A model generated the notes under the pieces. The model had not been told where the DNA came from, did not search any database, and worked only from the letters and a program-made list of their open reading frames with translations. A stretch of DNA of 64,000 bases from a virus (Duplodnaviria; Heunggongvirae; Uroviricota; Caudoviricetes), in IMG/VR virus record IMGVR_UViG_3300035208_005614, positions 1 through 64,000 of that record. The stretch is one strand, 5' to 3'. The translations under genes and the position numbers were made by a program. The stretch's first letter is position 1. Each line of letters starts with the position of its first letter. This document shows, piece by piece, positions 44,452-55,400 of this stretch.

Positions 44452-44694
44452 TTAAGCATTCCCAATGGTTGTACCTTCTTTTTTGATCTTATTCTCTCTA
44501 CTCATTTGACTCTGATTTACAACATATTCTGTCATTAAGTCTAGTATTGCCTTGAATTCTATAAGACTTGCGACTTCTGCTTTTACAATATGAACTGATA
44601 TACCATCAGTTTCAATAATGATCTGTCTTTTAACCTCTCCTTTTAAAACTGCCTCTTTTTTAGGATCTATAACTTTCTCTTCTTCTTTTTCCAT
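44452..44694 (-). CDS. Small protein, paralog B of a tandem pair
   Basis: MEKEEEK...RQIIIETDGISVHIVKAEVASLIEFKAILD is alignable with the 44187-44390 product. Confidence 0.45.
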   Translation of the reverse strand: MEKEEEKVIDPKKEAVLKGEVKRQIIIETDGISVHIVKAEVASLIEFKAILDLMTEYVVNQSQMSRENKIKKEGTTIGNA

Positions 44695-44731
44695 AATTTT
44701 ATAATTAATCTAATAATACTAACATTATACA

Positions 44732-46636
44732 CTATGTAGTGTAACAAGGAATATAATAAGGAGTTCCTCCGACGAAAACTCTTATCTTTGCGTCTTGTAC
44801 TCCACCCACTGCAGCAAAAACCTTTTCTGCTCCATCAAAAGAAAATGCATATTCTAATCCTGTACTAGAATTGTTTAAATCAAAATCTATTCCTCCAATA
44901 GCTGTAGTGCTACTTGTGTGATTATAAATATACATACCACCACCAGAACTTGGACTTATGGCTTTAGTGTGAACAATACTTATTGCGTATCCTAGAGTGT
45001 CATGATCAATTTTCAAAGCAGGAGTATAAGAGTTAGATGAATTAGATATATAAATACCTGCCATATTATTAGCACTAGTATGAGTAACGCTTATTCCATA
45101 TCCATTTGCTGAATAAGCCAAATCTATCCCGTGACCACTGTTATTCCCAGTGGGGCCATCAATTTCAATACTTGTGTTACCTCCAGTATTATTTATAAAT
45201 ATAGGAGTTCCTGCAGATGAGTGATTAATATATAAGCTAGGACTTGCTCCTGAATTTCCTATATAAATTCCTCCAGAACTATGTGTTGCCGTTATTAATT
45301 GAGCATAATAATGACCATCATGTTCTATCTCTATACAAGGTTGTGAATTATTTGATCCATTACTTGTTTGAAATATATATGCACCTCTATTAATCACGTC
45401 AGAAGCATTTGTATAATAATAACCATAACCACTTACAGTAGATGAAATAAAAATAGCATTTGAAGTGCTTGCATTCATAGTAATTCTAATTGCTTTGTCT
45501 ACAGAAACTCCACCTCCCATTTGAGTTATAAGTGCATTAGTAGAATCATAAAAATTAATAGTGTTGTCTGCACTAGTAATTACCATTCTTTCTCCTATAC
45601 CAGATGCTGTTTGTATAACACCTCCAGTAATTGTTCCTCCATTTAAAGTTAAATCTGTTCCATCATATTTAAATATTTTGGTTGCTGAAGAACCTATTTC
45701 AAATTTAGGTTTTGTTACGGAGAAATCATACCCCAAAATAAATCCAGCAGTTGCATCTTGACCGAAGTCTGTTTTTCCATAATTAATCATTACATCGCCG
45801 TTCCCTGCAGTCGCAGTGATCCCATTAGCTCCAATACTCCAGTAATTTGTAGCAGATCCTATCTTACCCGCTGTAGCAGTTATTGTTCCAGCAAAAGACG
45901 CTGACCCATTTATGAGTATTTTTACATTTGCATTAGCAAGAGTTTGACTTGCTTGACATGCATAAAATCCCGTGTCATTCATTAATATACCTGCAGAACT
46001 AACAGTGCCGTCTCCAACGGTTGCTGAAGTTCTAATAACCGCATTTGTATTTACATTAAAAGTTGTGTAATTAATAATACCACTAGCAAAAGTTGGTGCA
46101 GAACCATCAGTAGGAAGATTAAAAGTAAGACCCAATACAGAGTCATATCCTCTAAGACCAGCTATATCCATGATAACTCCATTTGATCCTATACCTACAG
46201 TTGCTCCTGTTTTGATGATACCCGTAGTAGTTCCATATAAACTATCAGGACCTATAGTCCATCCACCAATAAGACCAGTCAACGCTTGAATATTTCCGCT
46301 AACATAAACGTTTGTAAATTCAGCATAACCAGTTTGTCCATCAATATAAAAACCGACTTTTTTAGGTTTCCAGTTAGTTGATCTGATCATATTATTGATC
46401 CAAAGATCAGCCATTCCTCCATCACTTTTAACTGGTTGAGTCTCTACGCTTCCATTGTCAATACTCCCATCGGTCTCTTCTGTAGATCCCGAGTTATTTG
46501 TTAGAGAATTTCCACTAGATGTATCAACTGAACCTGATGACGAAGTTGGATCTCCAATGTTAATAGTAGATCTATCCATATACACACCGTATGGACGATC
46601 TATATATTCATAGTTTTGGTTTGATGAGTTTGCCAT
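44732..46636 (-). CDS. Tail-fibre-like protein
   Basis: 634 aa, Gly/Thr/Ser/Asn-rich with repetitive beta-rich segments (TITGGVIQTASGIG...). The fibre assignment is structural context only. Confidence 0.45.
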   Translation of the reverse strand: MANSSNQNYEYIDRPYGVYMDRSTINIGDPTSSSGSVDTSSGNSLTNNSGSTEETDGSIDNGSVETQPVKSDGGMADLWINNMIRSTNWKPKKVGFYIDGQTGYAEFTNVYVSGNIQALTGLIGGWTIGPDSLYGTTTGIIKTGATVGIGSNGVIMDIAGLRGYDSVLGLTFNLPTDGSAPTFASGIINYTTFNVNTNAVIRTSATVGDGTVSSAGILMNDTGFYACQASQTLANANVKILINGSASFAGTITATAGKIGSATNYWSIGANGITATAGNGDVMINYGKTDFGQDATAGFILGYDFSVTKPKFEIGSSATKIFKYDGTDLTLNGGTITGGVIQTASGIGERMVITSADNTINFYDSTNALITQMGGGVSVDKAIRITMNASTSNAIFISSTVSGYGYYYTNASDVINRGAYIFQTSNGSNNSQPCIEIEHDGHYYAQLITATHSSGGIYIGNSGASPSLYINHSSAGTPIFINNTGGNTSIEIDGPTGNNSGHGIDLAYSANGYGISVTHTSANNMAGIYISNSSNSYTPALKIDHDTLGYAISIVHTKAISPSSGGGMYIYNHTSSTTAIGGIDFDLNNSSTGLEYAFSFDGAEKVFAAVGGVQDAKIRVFVGGTPYYIPCYTT

Positions 46637-46642
46637 ATTTTT

Positions 46643-48592
46643 TTATTCATTATCCATGTTTTCATCTGTTGTTGGTAGAGTTACAAGAGTCATACGAGAT
46701 AATTTACAAATTTGAGGACTTGAATCTCTTATAGACAAACTTACAAGTCTGCAGTAAGGAGGTTTACCTCTGGAACTATCTTTATCAGTTATTTTTACAA
46801 CAGAAAGACCTTTGGTTATTTTACCCTCTACTGGATAATATTCTTCGTTGTTTTCTAAGTTCACAAAAAGTTGCATACCAGAACCTCTTTCTACTTCTGT
46901 CATTAAGGCAATTAGTTTGCTTGAATATTCAAAAGCCTGAGTTGAAGAAGCATTCGCCTGTACCCCAACAGTTAATTTATTCGTATCTACTCTAAAATGT
47001 ATTGGTGATCCATCGTCTGTTTCTCCATTAAGAAATTCTTTAACAGCGTGATTGCCTGAAGTGTCCGTAAATTCCAATCTTCCAGAATCAGTTGCCTCAA
47101 CAAAAGTAGCAAATTCAGATGCTTTAACATTTGTATGAACATACCAATTTTGTTGAATAATATTAAATTCGACACAAACATCTTTAAGTATTTTATCAAT
47201 CGATCCATCAGGTTTATATAAAGTAACATCTCCAAGAGTAAAGAAGATGTTTCTTCCTTTCTTTCCTGCAGCAGAAGTTTCTTTACCTATTTTAGTTGCA
47301 CCCGTGATGTATTTTTCTATTTTATTTGAAATTAATTGTGGTACTCCCCCTGTTGTTGCATATATACCAGTGTAGTGTAGGAAGTACATTGTACCTATCA
47401 TTTTTACATAACCTTTTCTAGAAACACATCCAACATCAAGATCAAAGTTTTCTAAAGTATAATCATTCCACGAGATCATAGAATTTTTATTAGCAGCAAA
47501 CATAACGTTTCCTATATTTGTAAGTACGGTAATAGCATCATTCTCTCCTCCAGAAAGTTTAAAAGTATCGTATTGTTTTACATCACGTCCTGAAGTAGAT
47601 GGGTTATTTATCCATCTGAATATTTTTGAACCGTTGAATGTGCCCGCAATCCAAACTTCATCAGAAGCAAGGAGATTAGGTGTACCTGTCCAAGTTGCAA
47701 CCACACTGTCTTCATTAACTAAAGTAACAGTTATTGTAGTTATTAAGGTATTTCCTCTATAAATATCATATTGATTTGCTCCAGAATCTGCATACATATA
47801 TTTTGTTTCTGTTAATTTAACAGTAGATCCAGAGGCGGCTAATGGCATATCTTCATTAAGAAGACAGACAATACCTAATGGATAAGAAGAACGTAGAATA
47901 GTATTTTTATATCTAACTCCACTATGAATAAAGTCAGCCATGTATAATCTATTTTTGTAATAATTTATTCTAGAAGCTGGTGGGGTATTATAAAGATGAC
48001 CGCCTCCAGTTGTTGAAGTCGTAACTGTAACACCATCACTATTTATATATCTATTTGGAGAGTTCTGATTTACAAGAAAAACACATCCTTCTGCATATGT
48101 ATAGTCAAAAGTTCCTCCTGGAATATTTGTTCCATTACCTGTCAAAGGAATCCATTGATTACTATTATTAATATAATAAATAGTAGCAACTGTTCCAGTA
48201 TTATTATTAACAACATCAGTTAAAGAAAGGTCGTCTTTGACAAGGATAGAAAGGGATGTTGGAATATAAGTTTCAGCCATAAGAATAGTCTCAGAAATAT
48301 TAATAGAAAGAGTTGAGTTTTCGGCAACACTGATTCTATATAAACCTTGATTTGCAGCATTTTGAAATGAAAATAAACCGTAATTATTAGTAGTAACAAA
48401 AGGTTTTCCAACTGAGTTAGTACCTAAAACAGTTTGACCACCTCTTTTTTCAATAGTTCCAATAATAAGAGAACGTGCATTTTCAACATGTACGAACTCT
48501 GTCTTTTTTGCCATGTTAAAACTAACTAACGAATTAACGCCTTCAAAATATGGAATTATAAGTCTTTGTTGTTTTGCACCAGGTTCTAACAT
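46643..48592 (-). CDS. Virion structural protein
   Basis: 649-aa ORF in the structural string. No recognisable motif. Confidence 0.45.
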   Translation of the reverse strand: MLEPGAKQQRLIIPYFEGVNSLVSFNMAKKTEFVHVENARSLIIGTIEKRGGQTVLGTNSVGKPFVTTNNYGLFSFQNAANQGLYRISVAENSTLSINISETILMAETYIPTSLSILVKDDLSLTDVVNNNTGTVATIYYINNSNQWIPLTGNGTNIPGGTFDYTYAEGCVFLVNQNSPNRYINSDGVTVTTSTTGGGHLYNTPPASRINYYKNRLYMADFIHSGVRYKNTILRSSYPLGIVCLLNEDMPLAASGSTVKLTETKYMYADSGANQYDIYRGNTLITTITVTLVNEDSVVATWTGTPNLLASDEVWIAGTFNGSKIFRWINNPSTSGRDVKQYDTFKLSGGENDAITVLTNIGNVMFAANKNSMISWNDYTLENFDLDVGCVSRKGYVKMIGTMYFLHYTGIYATTGGVPQLISNKIEKYITGATKIGKETSAAGKKGRNIFFTLGDVTLYKPDGSIDKILKDVCVEFNIIQQNWYVHTNVKASEFATFVEATDSGRLEFTDTSGNHAVKEFLNGETDDGSPIHFRVDTNKLTVGVQANASSTQAFEYSSKLIALMTEVERGSGMQLFVNLENNEEYYPVEGKITKGLSVVKITDKDSSRGKPPYCRLVSLSIRDSSPQICKLSRMTLVTLPTTDENMDNE

Positions 48593-49197
48593 GTTATTTT
48601 GTTACTTTTTTTAAGATTATCTCTCCACCACATAGGTTGTAAATTTGTATAATGTACTGCTTTTAGAAATTGTTCTCTATCAGTTAAATCAAAATTAGCC
48701 AAAGGTACTTTATGATCTATCCACCACCCTTTCATTGTCCAATTCTCCCATGTCATGCCCGTAGTAAACTGATTTTCTAGATATTTTTTAAGTTCTGGAA
48801 TAGTACAACCTAGATCTCTTATAGCTGAACCTGACTTCGCATTGTCTTTAATGGCCATATAGAGTCTTTTACGTAATGATTTGGTCAGTTTATATTGGAT
48901 ATCTTTTTTAATTCGTTCTTTGTCATATCTTATTTTATTTATTATGATTTTTCTCTTATTTTTTGTATAGTATTTTTTATCTTTTTCTTGAAATTTTTCA
49001 GGATTTTCTTTGCGAGAATTAAATCGGTCTTTTAATATTTTTTCTCTGTTTTTAATATAATACCCCTTTTTATTTTTACTAATTTCTTCTTTATGTTCTG
49101 TATTATATTTTTTAGCTTTAACTGAAAGTTTTTCCTTGTTTTTTTTGTTGTATTCTTTTCTATACAACTTCCTTTTTAATGGGTTTTTAAGAGGCAT
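48586..49197 (-). CDS. HNH endonuclease
   Basis: C-terminal WWIDHKVPLANFDLTDREQFLKAVHYTNLQPMWWRDNLKKSNK fits the HNH core (DH..P...N......N.QP...N..K). Basic N-terminal half. Confidence 0.6.
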   Translation of the reverse strand: MPLKNPLKRKLYRKEYNKKNKEKLSVKAKKYNTEHKEEISKNKKGYYIKNREKILKDRFNSRKENPEKFQEKDKKYYTKNKRKIIINKIRYDKERIKKDIQYKLTKSLRKRLYMAIKDNAKSGSAIRDLGCTIPELKKYLENQFTTGMTWENWTMKGWWIDHKVPLANFDLTDREQFLKAVHYTNLQPMWWRDNLKKSNKITC

Positions 49198-49203
49198 ATA
49201 ATT

Positions 49204-50343
49204 TTATACATTACTTTGTCTTTGAATTCCCCACGCATCCAAGTTAGCATCACGTTTGACGCTAGCAATAATCATATCGTTGATTCCATTTGTATAGGAT
49301 TCAAGATACATTTTGTACTGTGGGTTTTGAAATTTTTGAAAGGCTCTATAAAGCATATAGTCCTTTATTACATATTCTCCTCCATTTGGAAGATCTACTT
49401 CATCGGTATTAAGAGACAACCTCGTTGCTCTTTTTTGATATATATAACTATAAGTTCCTCCTGCAACTGGGGTTGGTATGATTCCAAGCTTGAAACCTCT
49501 TATATAATATCTAGGACCAATTCCATTGAAGGAATATGCTTCTCTTAGAGGTATATATTCTATATCTCGTTTATTGAAACCCCATGACCCTGGACTTGTC
49601 GGATCGGTAATAACGAAAGCTATCAAGTGATCAAAATCAGTAGGAAGATCATATTCAATTTGACCTGCTACTAAAGTAAGTGTTGTAATAGCGGAAGATG
49701 AATATTCAACATTTGTTAGGTTAAGTTTGTTTCTCATTCTACCGTAAGCTTCAGAAGCCCATGAAAGAGCGTCCTCTCTAGTGACTAATTTTAATTCTTT
49801 GTTGCTCAACATACTGAAGAAATCAGCCAAGATTTGCTCAGTCATATTTGATTCAAATCCTATATAAGGAATATAGTTTGAAACCTGAGAGTAATTTGTA
49901 GTATTTGAATTGTAGAAACAATACCATCCATATCCTGTTGAGAATGTTTCATCGCTATAGGTCGTAAACCAATCGCTAGGTTGAAGATCTATAAATCCAG
50001 TTAGAGGAACTGCAGTTCCGATATCAAAAACGTCTGTAAGTGTATGGAAAAAACGAACTTGATTATAAGGAAGTATACTTACACGAGTGCTTTCAGCATG
50101 GGCAAATTTTGTAGGAGTAGTGATTGTAATAACCCCAGTATTGTTATTTACACTTTGTATTTGTACAACTTCAGCATCTTCAGCTCCAAAGTTGCTCAAA
50201 AGTAGATATGCATTAGTTGCATAAGCTGAATCTGTAGCGTTTAACACATTAAAACAGGTAATACCTGATAGTTGGTTTGTAACCAAGTAACTATATTTAC
50301 TTGACAGTGTTAATCTTCTATTGTCTGCTTCTAAAATTATCAT
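49204..50343 (-). CDS. Virion structural protein
   Basis: 379-aa ORF between the repeat-protein genes and the HNH gene. Confidence 0.45.
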   Translation of the reverse strand: MIILEADNRRLTLSSKYSYLVTNQLSGITCFNVLNATDSAYATNAYLLLSNFGAEDAEVVQIQSVNNNTGVITITTPTKFAHAESTRVSILPYNQVRFFHTLTDVFDIGTAVPLTGFIDLQPSDWFTTYSDETFSTGYGWYCFYNSNTTNYSQVSNYIPYIGFESNMTEQILADFFSMLSNKELKLVTREDALSWASEAYGRMRNKLNLTNVEYSSSAITTLTLVAGQIEYDLPTDFDHLIAFVITDPTSPGSWGFNKRDIEYIPLREAYSFNGIGPRYYIRGFKLGIIPTPVAGGTYSYIYQKRATRLSLNTDEVDLPNGGEYVIKDYMLYRAFQKFQNPQYKMYLESYTNGINDMIIASVKRDANLDAWGIQRQSNV

Positions 50344-50396
50344 TTGTTTTAATTAATTAACTATTAAATTATATTCTACCATAGTCCTACTTAAAC

Positions 50397-51338
50397 TTAC
50401 AGTGACCTTGACTTGCCCCCGATGGGACTTCTTCCATACATCATTTTGAAAGATTCCATATTAGGATATCCCGATACATTAACTGAATCATGAACTTTTA
50501 TACTCAAATTAAGATCTTGCACCTCAACTGAGTCAAAAACATATATATCTCCTAGTTGTGTGTTGTCCAGAGAGGTCTCTGAGACATTAACAGAATCACT
50601 AACAGAAAGTATCAAATCTCTAATTTGGTCTATGTTTTCCGATATATTAATAGAGTCAACCACAGACACAGGCATCGCCAAGGAATCATTGATATTTGTT
50701 GAAATATTAATAGTTTCAATACTATTGATGCCCCCCAATTGGCTATTTGTGATCCCTGTTACTGGGTTTGATATATTAATTCGGTCATTGACTGAAGATA
50801 TAAGTAGGGGATCTCCATAAACCTCAAAAAGTAAAGTATCGGCTGCGGTGCTCCCCCAAGAACTTCCATCTGAACTATAACACCTATCTCCAACTGCATT
50901 TGTGCTACTATAACCGATGTTTACTGTGTTTGTATTAACTTCTCCTGCAGTTACATGAAAAACAATACAATAATAAGTTCCACTAGTTAAAACCTTCTTA
51001 TTTGCTCCAGTAAAAGTAAAAGTTTTTAGAACATAATCTGTCGGTTGCCCATTATCCTGAGTCAAACCTAAAGATGATACGGAAACAACATCTGAAGTCG
51101 CAAGTGGAGATCCTGTAGGCTTCATACTGCTATGATAAGAACCTGACGAAGCATAAAGATACGCCATCGCGTTCCCAGTCGGAGTTCCATTTTTCGCTAA
51201 TGAAAATTTACAGCTACTTAAAATATAATTTGATCCAGCAAGAAAAGACTCACCAAAATATATTGGTCCACCAAAATCAGGGTATAACTGATCTGCTCCA
51301 TTTAATGTTTCACTAAAACTTGTAATTAATGTTGCCAT
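50397..51338 (-). CDS. Repeat-containing fibre-like protein (lectin-like domain plus INISE-type repeats)
   Basis: The N-terminal approximately 170 aa are paralogous to the four lectin-like domains of the 2680-aa protein (..TGNAMAYLYASSGSY...PTGSPLATSD...FTFTGANKKVLTSGTYYCIVF). The C-terminal half carries INISNPVTGI / VVDSINISENI repeats. Confidence 0.55.
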   Translation of the reverse strand: MATLITSFSETLNGADQLYPDFGGPIYFGESFLAGSNYILSSCKFSLAKNGTPTGNAMAYLYASSGSYHSSMKPTGSPLATSDVVSVSSLGLTQDNGQPTDYVLKTFTFTGANKKVLTSGTYYCIVFHVTAGEVNTNTVNIGYSSTNAVGDRCYSSDGSSWGSTAADTLLFEVYGDPLLISSVNDRINISNPVTGITNSQLGGINSIETINISTNINDSLAMPVSVVDSINISENIDQIRDLILSVSDSVNVSETSLDNTQLGDIYVFDSVEVQDLNLSIKVHDSVNVSGYPNMESFKMMYGRSPIGGKSRSL

Positions 51339-51343
51339 ATTTT

Positions 51344-52462
51344 TTATGAATCCCAGTTAGCACTTCCTACAGGTTGACCTTTACTTCCTGAACTTGCCTG
51401 TGGATCTATTCTACTTGAAGAACTTGTAAAATTCATCATCCTTCCTTTTGCTGTCGGTGCTCTATTTAATTCTGAATCAGTTTTACTTACAGGTTTAAAT
51501 ACAGATCCAGTAGCAATTACTTCATCAAGTCCCTTAGAAGCTTTTGGTTTGCTTCCTCCAGGAGACGGTGAAAATCTAAATGATTCTAATATCAATAATT
51601 CACTTATATTTACTTGATCTGAAACATTTAATGGAGAAAAAGTTTCATTAAGTATATTTTCACTAATATTTGTCTCATCTATAATATTGATATCTCCTAA
51701 TTGAGCATTTTCAATAGAAATTATTTCTGTTGAATATATTGTGTCTATTACAAAAAGAGAAAGAATTCCAGTGTCTGTAAAATTTTCTGAGATAACAACA
51801 GAATCAATTAAATTAATATCTCCCAATTGTCCTAAATTGGTGATGTTTTCAGAGATATTAATAGTGTCTATGCTTACTAAAGAAGTTTCTCCAGAGTTGA
51901 TTATCTCTTCTGTAATATTTACAGAACTAAATACATTTATTCCACCCAAATCTGGAGAATTAAGAGTTACTTCTTCTAAAATGTTTATGGAATCGCTTAT
52001 CTCTATATAAGAAAATAATAAACCGTTGTTATCCTCTGAAAGATTAACTTCATCAAATACAAACAAATTAATTTCTTCCAGACCACTGTTTTCTTCTGAG
52101 ATATTTACAAGATCAAATACATTCAAATTATAAAAATCAAAGAAAGAAGATATGGTAATTTCTTCTGAAATACTAATATTATCAACTGTAAATATATTAA
52201 TTTCTTCTGAACCAGTTGCTTCTTCTGAAATATTAATTTCATCAAATACAAAAGCATCGATTTCTTCTAGACCTATCGATTCTTCTGAAATATTTACAAG
52301 ATCAAACACATCCAAATTATAAGCACTGGATGACTCAGATATAATAACTTCTTCTGAGATATTTACATCATCACCAATATTAACATCATATATCAAAAGT
52401 TCCCCATTATATGAATATTTAGGTGAATTGTATCCTATTCCTATTTCGTTATATGTAATCAT
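51344..52462 (-). CDS. Repeat-containing fibre-like protein (INISE-type repeats)
   Basis: 372 aa dominated by VFDLVNISEE / INLFVFDEVNLSED repeat units of the same family. Confidence 0.55.
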   Translation of the reverse strand: MITYNEIGIGYNSPKYSYNGELLIYDVNIGDDVNISEEVIISESSSAYNLDVFDLVNISEESIGLEEIDAFVFDEINISEEATGSEEINIFTVDNISISEEITISSFFDFYNLNVFDLVNISEENSGLEEINLFVFDEVNLSEDNNGLLFSYIEISDSINILEEVTLNSPDLGGINVFSSVNITEEIINSGETSLVSIDTINISENITNLGQLGDINLIDSVVISENFTDTGILSLFVIDTIYSTEIISIENAQLGDINIIDETNISENILNETFSPLNVSDQVNISELLILESFRFSPSPGGSKPKASKGLDEVIATGSVFKPVSKTDSELNRAPTAKGRMMNFTSSSSRIDPQASSGSKGQPVGSANWDS

Positions 52463-52467
52463 GTATT

Positions 52468-55400
52468 TTAAAAGAATCCTGCTATCTTGCCTACAGGTTT
52501 TGAATCTCGACCTTGTCCTACAAGTTTAACACTAGTACCTCTTCCTACAGGTTGCATCTTGTTTCCCTGTGCAACTGGTTTACTATCTGAAGGTGAAAAT
52601 CTGAATGATTCTGAAACAATTGATTCTGAGATGTTTATTTGATCTAAAACACTTATATCATAATAAAAACCTAATCTTATATCAGAATCAATCTCAATTT
52701 CATCAAAAACATTAATATCTCCAAGTTGTCCGTTATTTTCAACATTCTCTGAAATTTCTATATTTTCTGCTACTTGTATTCCAGTAAGAAGTAAATCTAC
52801 CAATTCAATATCCGATATTGAGATTGAATCGTATATATTTATATCTCCAAGTTGTGGGTTAGAAAGGATTACATTTTCTGAAATATTTATACCGTCAGAG
52901 ACGTTTATACCTCCAAGTAGAGGGTTCTCCTGATTATCGGTATCCAAAACATTGACAGAATCTGAGACATTAATTCCTCCCAAATAAGAATTACCCAAGA
53001 TAATATTTTCTGAAATCTCAACCAAATCTTTTACTGAGATCTCTTGTTCTCCTGTATCTTGGAAATTTTCAGAAATATTTATCGTATCAAAAATGTCGAT
53101 TCCTCCTAATTGAGAATTTTCTACAGTTACTTCTTCAGAGATCTCAATTGAATCGTATTTGTCTATACCTGACTCCAAATAATCAACTATTCCGATATCA
53201 TCAGAAACATTAATATCTCCTAGCTGAGAATTTTCTAAAGTAACCGATTCAAGAATATCAATAAGATCAAATACAGAGACTTCTTGTTCTCCTGTATCTT
53301 GGAAGTTTTCAGATATATTGATTATGTCGTTGACAGAAACATTCAATTCTCCTGTATTTGTAATATTTTCTGAAATATTTACATTATCAACAATATTTAT
53401 ATCTCCTAACTGAGAATTATTTATATTTAAATATTCAGATATGTTTACAATTTCTATAATATTTATAGATCCTAATTGCGAGTTACTTAATGCTACATTA
53501 TCTGAAATATTTATAGAATCAGTAGCAAAAATATTTCCAAGTTGAGTTCTTATGACCAAATCTTCTGAAATATTTATAGAATCAGTAGTAGAGATATCTC
53601 CTAACTTGGAGTTATCCAATACGACTTCTTCTGTAATATGAATCACATCGTCAACAATAATAATGAGACTTCCTCCACCTGTGCCGAAATCAACAATATC
53701 TACTTCATCTGAAACGTTGATTCCTCCTAGTTGAGAATTTGAAACGATGACTGACTCTGAAATATTTACTGTATCTATTACTGAAGTGCTTAATATCCCC
53801 GCGTCTGTAAAGTTTTCTGAAATATTTATGTTGTCTACAACAGAAATATCCCCTAACTGTCCAGTTAGATTTACATTTTCAGATATATCTATTGTGTCGT
53901 AAACACTTATTCCTCCTAGATTTGAGTTAGAAACGGTAACTGATTCAGAAATGTTGACTGAGTCTGAAACGTTAATACCTCCTAGATTTGAGTTAGAAAC
54001 GGTAACTGATTCAGAGATATTTACTGAGTCTGAGACGTTGATACCTCCTAGATTTGAGTTAGAAACTGTAACTGATTCAGTGATGTTTATTGAATCGTAT
54101 ACTGAAATATTCTCTTCTCCCATATCTACGACATTTTCTGATATATTGATGGTGTCAAAAACTGAAGTATTCAATACTCCTGTGTCTGTAAAGTTTTCAG
54201 AAATATTTATCGTGTCATAGATATTAATATTTCCTAGTTGTGAGTTTAGAACAATTACTGATTCTGAGATATTGATGGTATCAAATACTGAAGTATTCAA
54301 CACTCCTGTATCCGTAAAGTTTTCTGAAATATTTACTGTATCCGAAAGATTAATATCTCCTAACTGAGAGTTTGAAATGGTAATTGTTTCTGAGATATTT
54401 ACTGTGTCAGAAACATCAATGTTACCCAACTGAGAGTTTGAAATAGTAACTGACTCAGAAATGTCCACTGTGTCATAAACATTTATATCACCTAATTGAG
54501 AGTTTGAAATAACAACTGACTCTGAAATATTTATTGTGTCAAAAACTGAGATAGAACTGAATCCTGTATCTGTAAAGTTTTCTGAGATATTTATTGAATC
54601 TGAGACATTAATATCTCCAAGATTTATAGAGGAATTGGTTGATTCTGAAACATTAATTGAATCATAAACATTAATAGTTCCTAGTTGAGTATTCGTGACT
54701 ATAAATGATTCTGAGATATTTACTATATCTATTATATTAATTTCTCCAAGAGTAGTTGAAGAAATAATTGATTCTGAAATATTTATTGTGTCTGATACGT
54801 TTATGTTTCCTAGTTGAGAATTTGAAATTACAACTGACTCTGAAATATTTATGGTATCTATTACTGAGGTACTTAATACACCTGTATCTGTAAAGTTTTC
54901 TGAAATATTTATTGAATCTGAAACATTTATGTCTCCTAGTTGAGAGTTTGAAACAGTAGTTAATTCTGAGATATTTATAGAATCATATACATTAATTTCT
55001 CCTAATTGAGAGTTTGTAAGTGTAACTGATTCAGATATGTTTATAGAATCATATACGTTAATTCCTCCTAGCTGAGAATTTGAAACAACAACCGATTCAG
55101 ATATATTAACTAAATCAACAACTGAAATATTTGAGACTCCAGTATCTGTAACATTTTCTGAGATGTTTATTGAATCTACAACGGAAATATCTCCTAACTG
55201 ACCAGTTAGACTGATACTTTCAGAGAAATTTATTGAATCAAAAACGTTGATATCACCTAACTGAGAGATTGAAACTATGACTGATTCAGAGATATCTACT
55301 AAGTCTGAAACGTTGATACCTCCTAGATTTGAGTTAGAAACTGTAACTGATTCAGAGATATTTACTGAATCCGAAACGTTGATGTTTCCTAGACTTGAAT

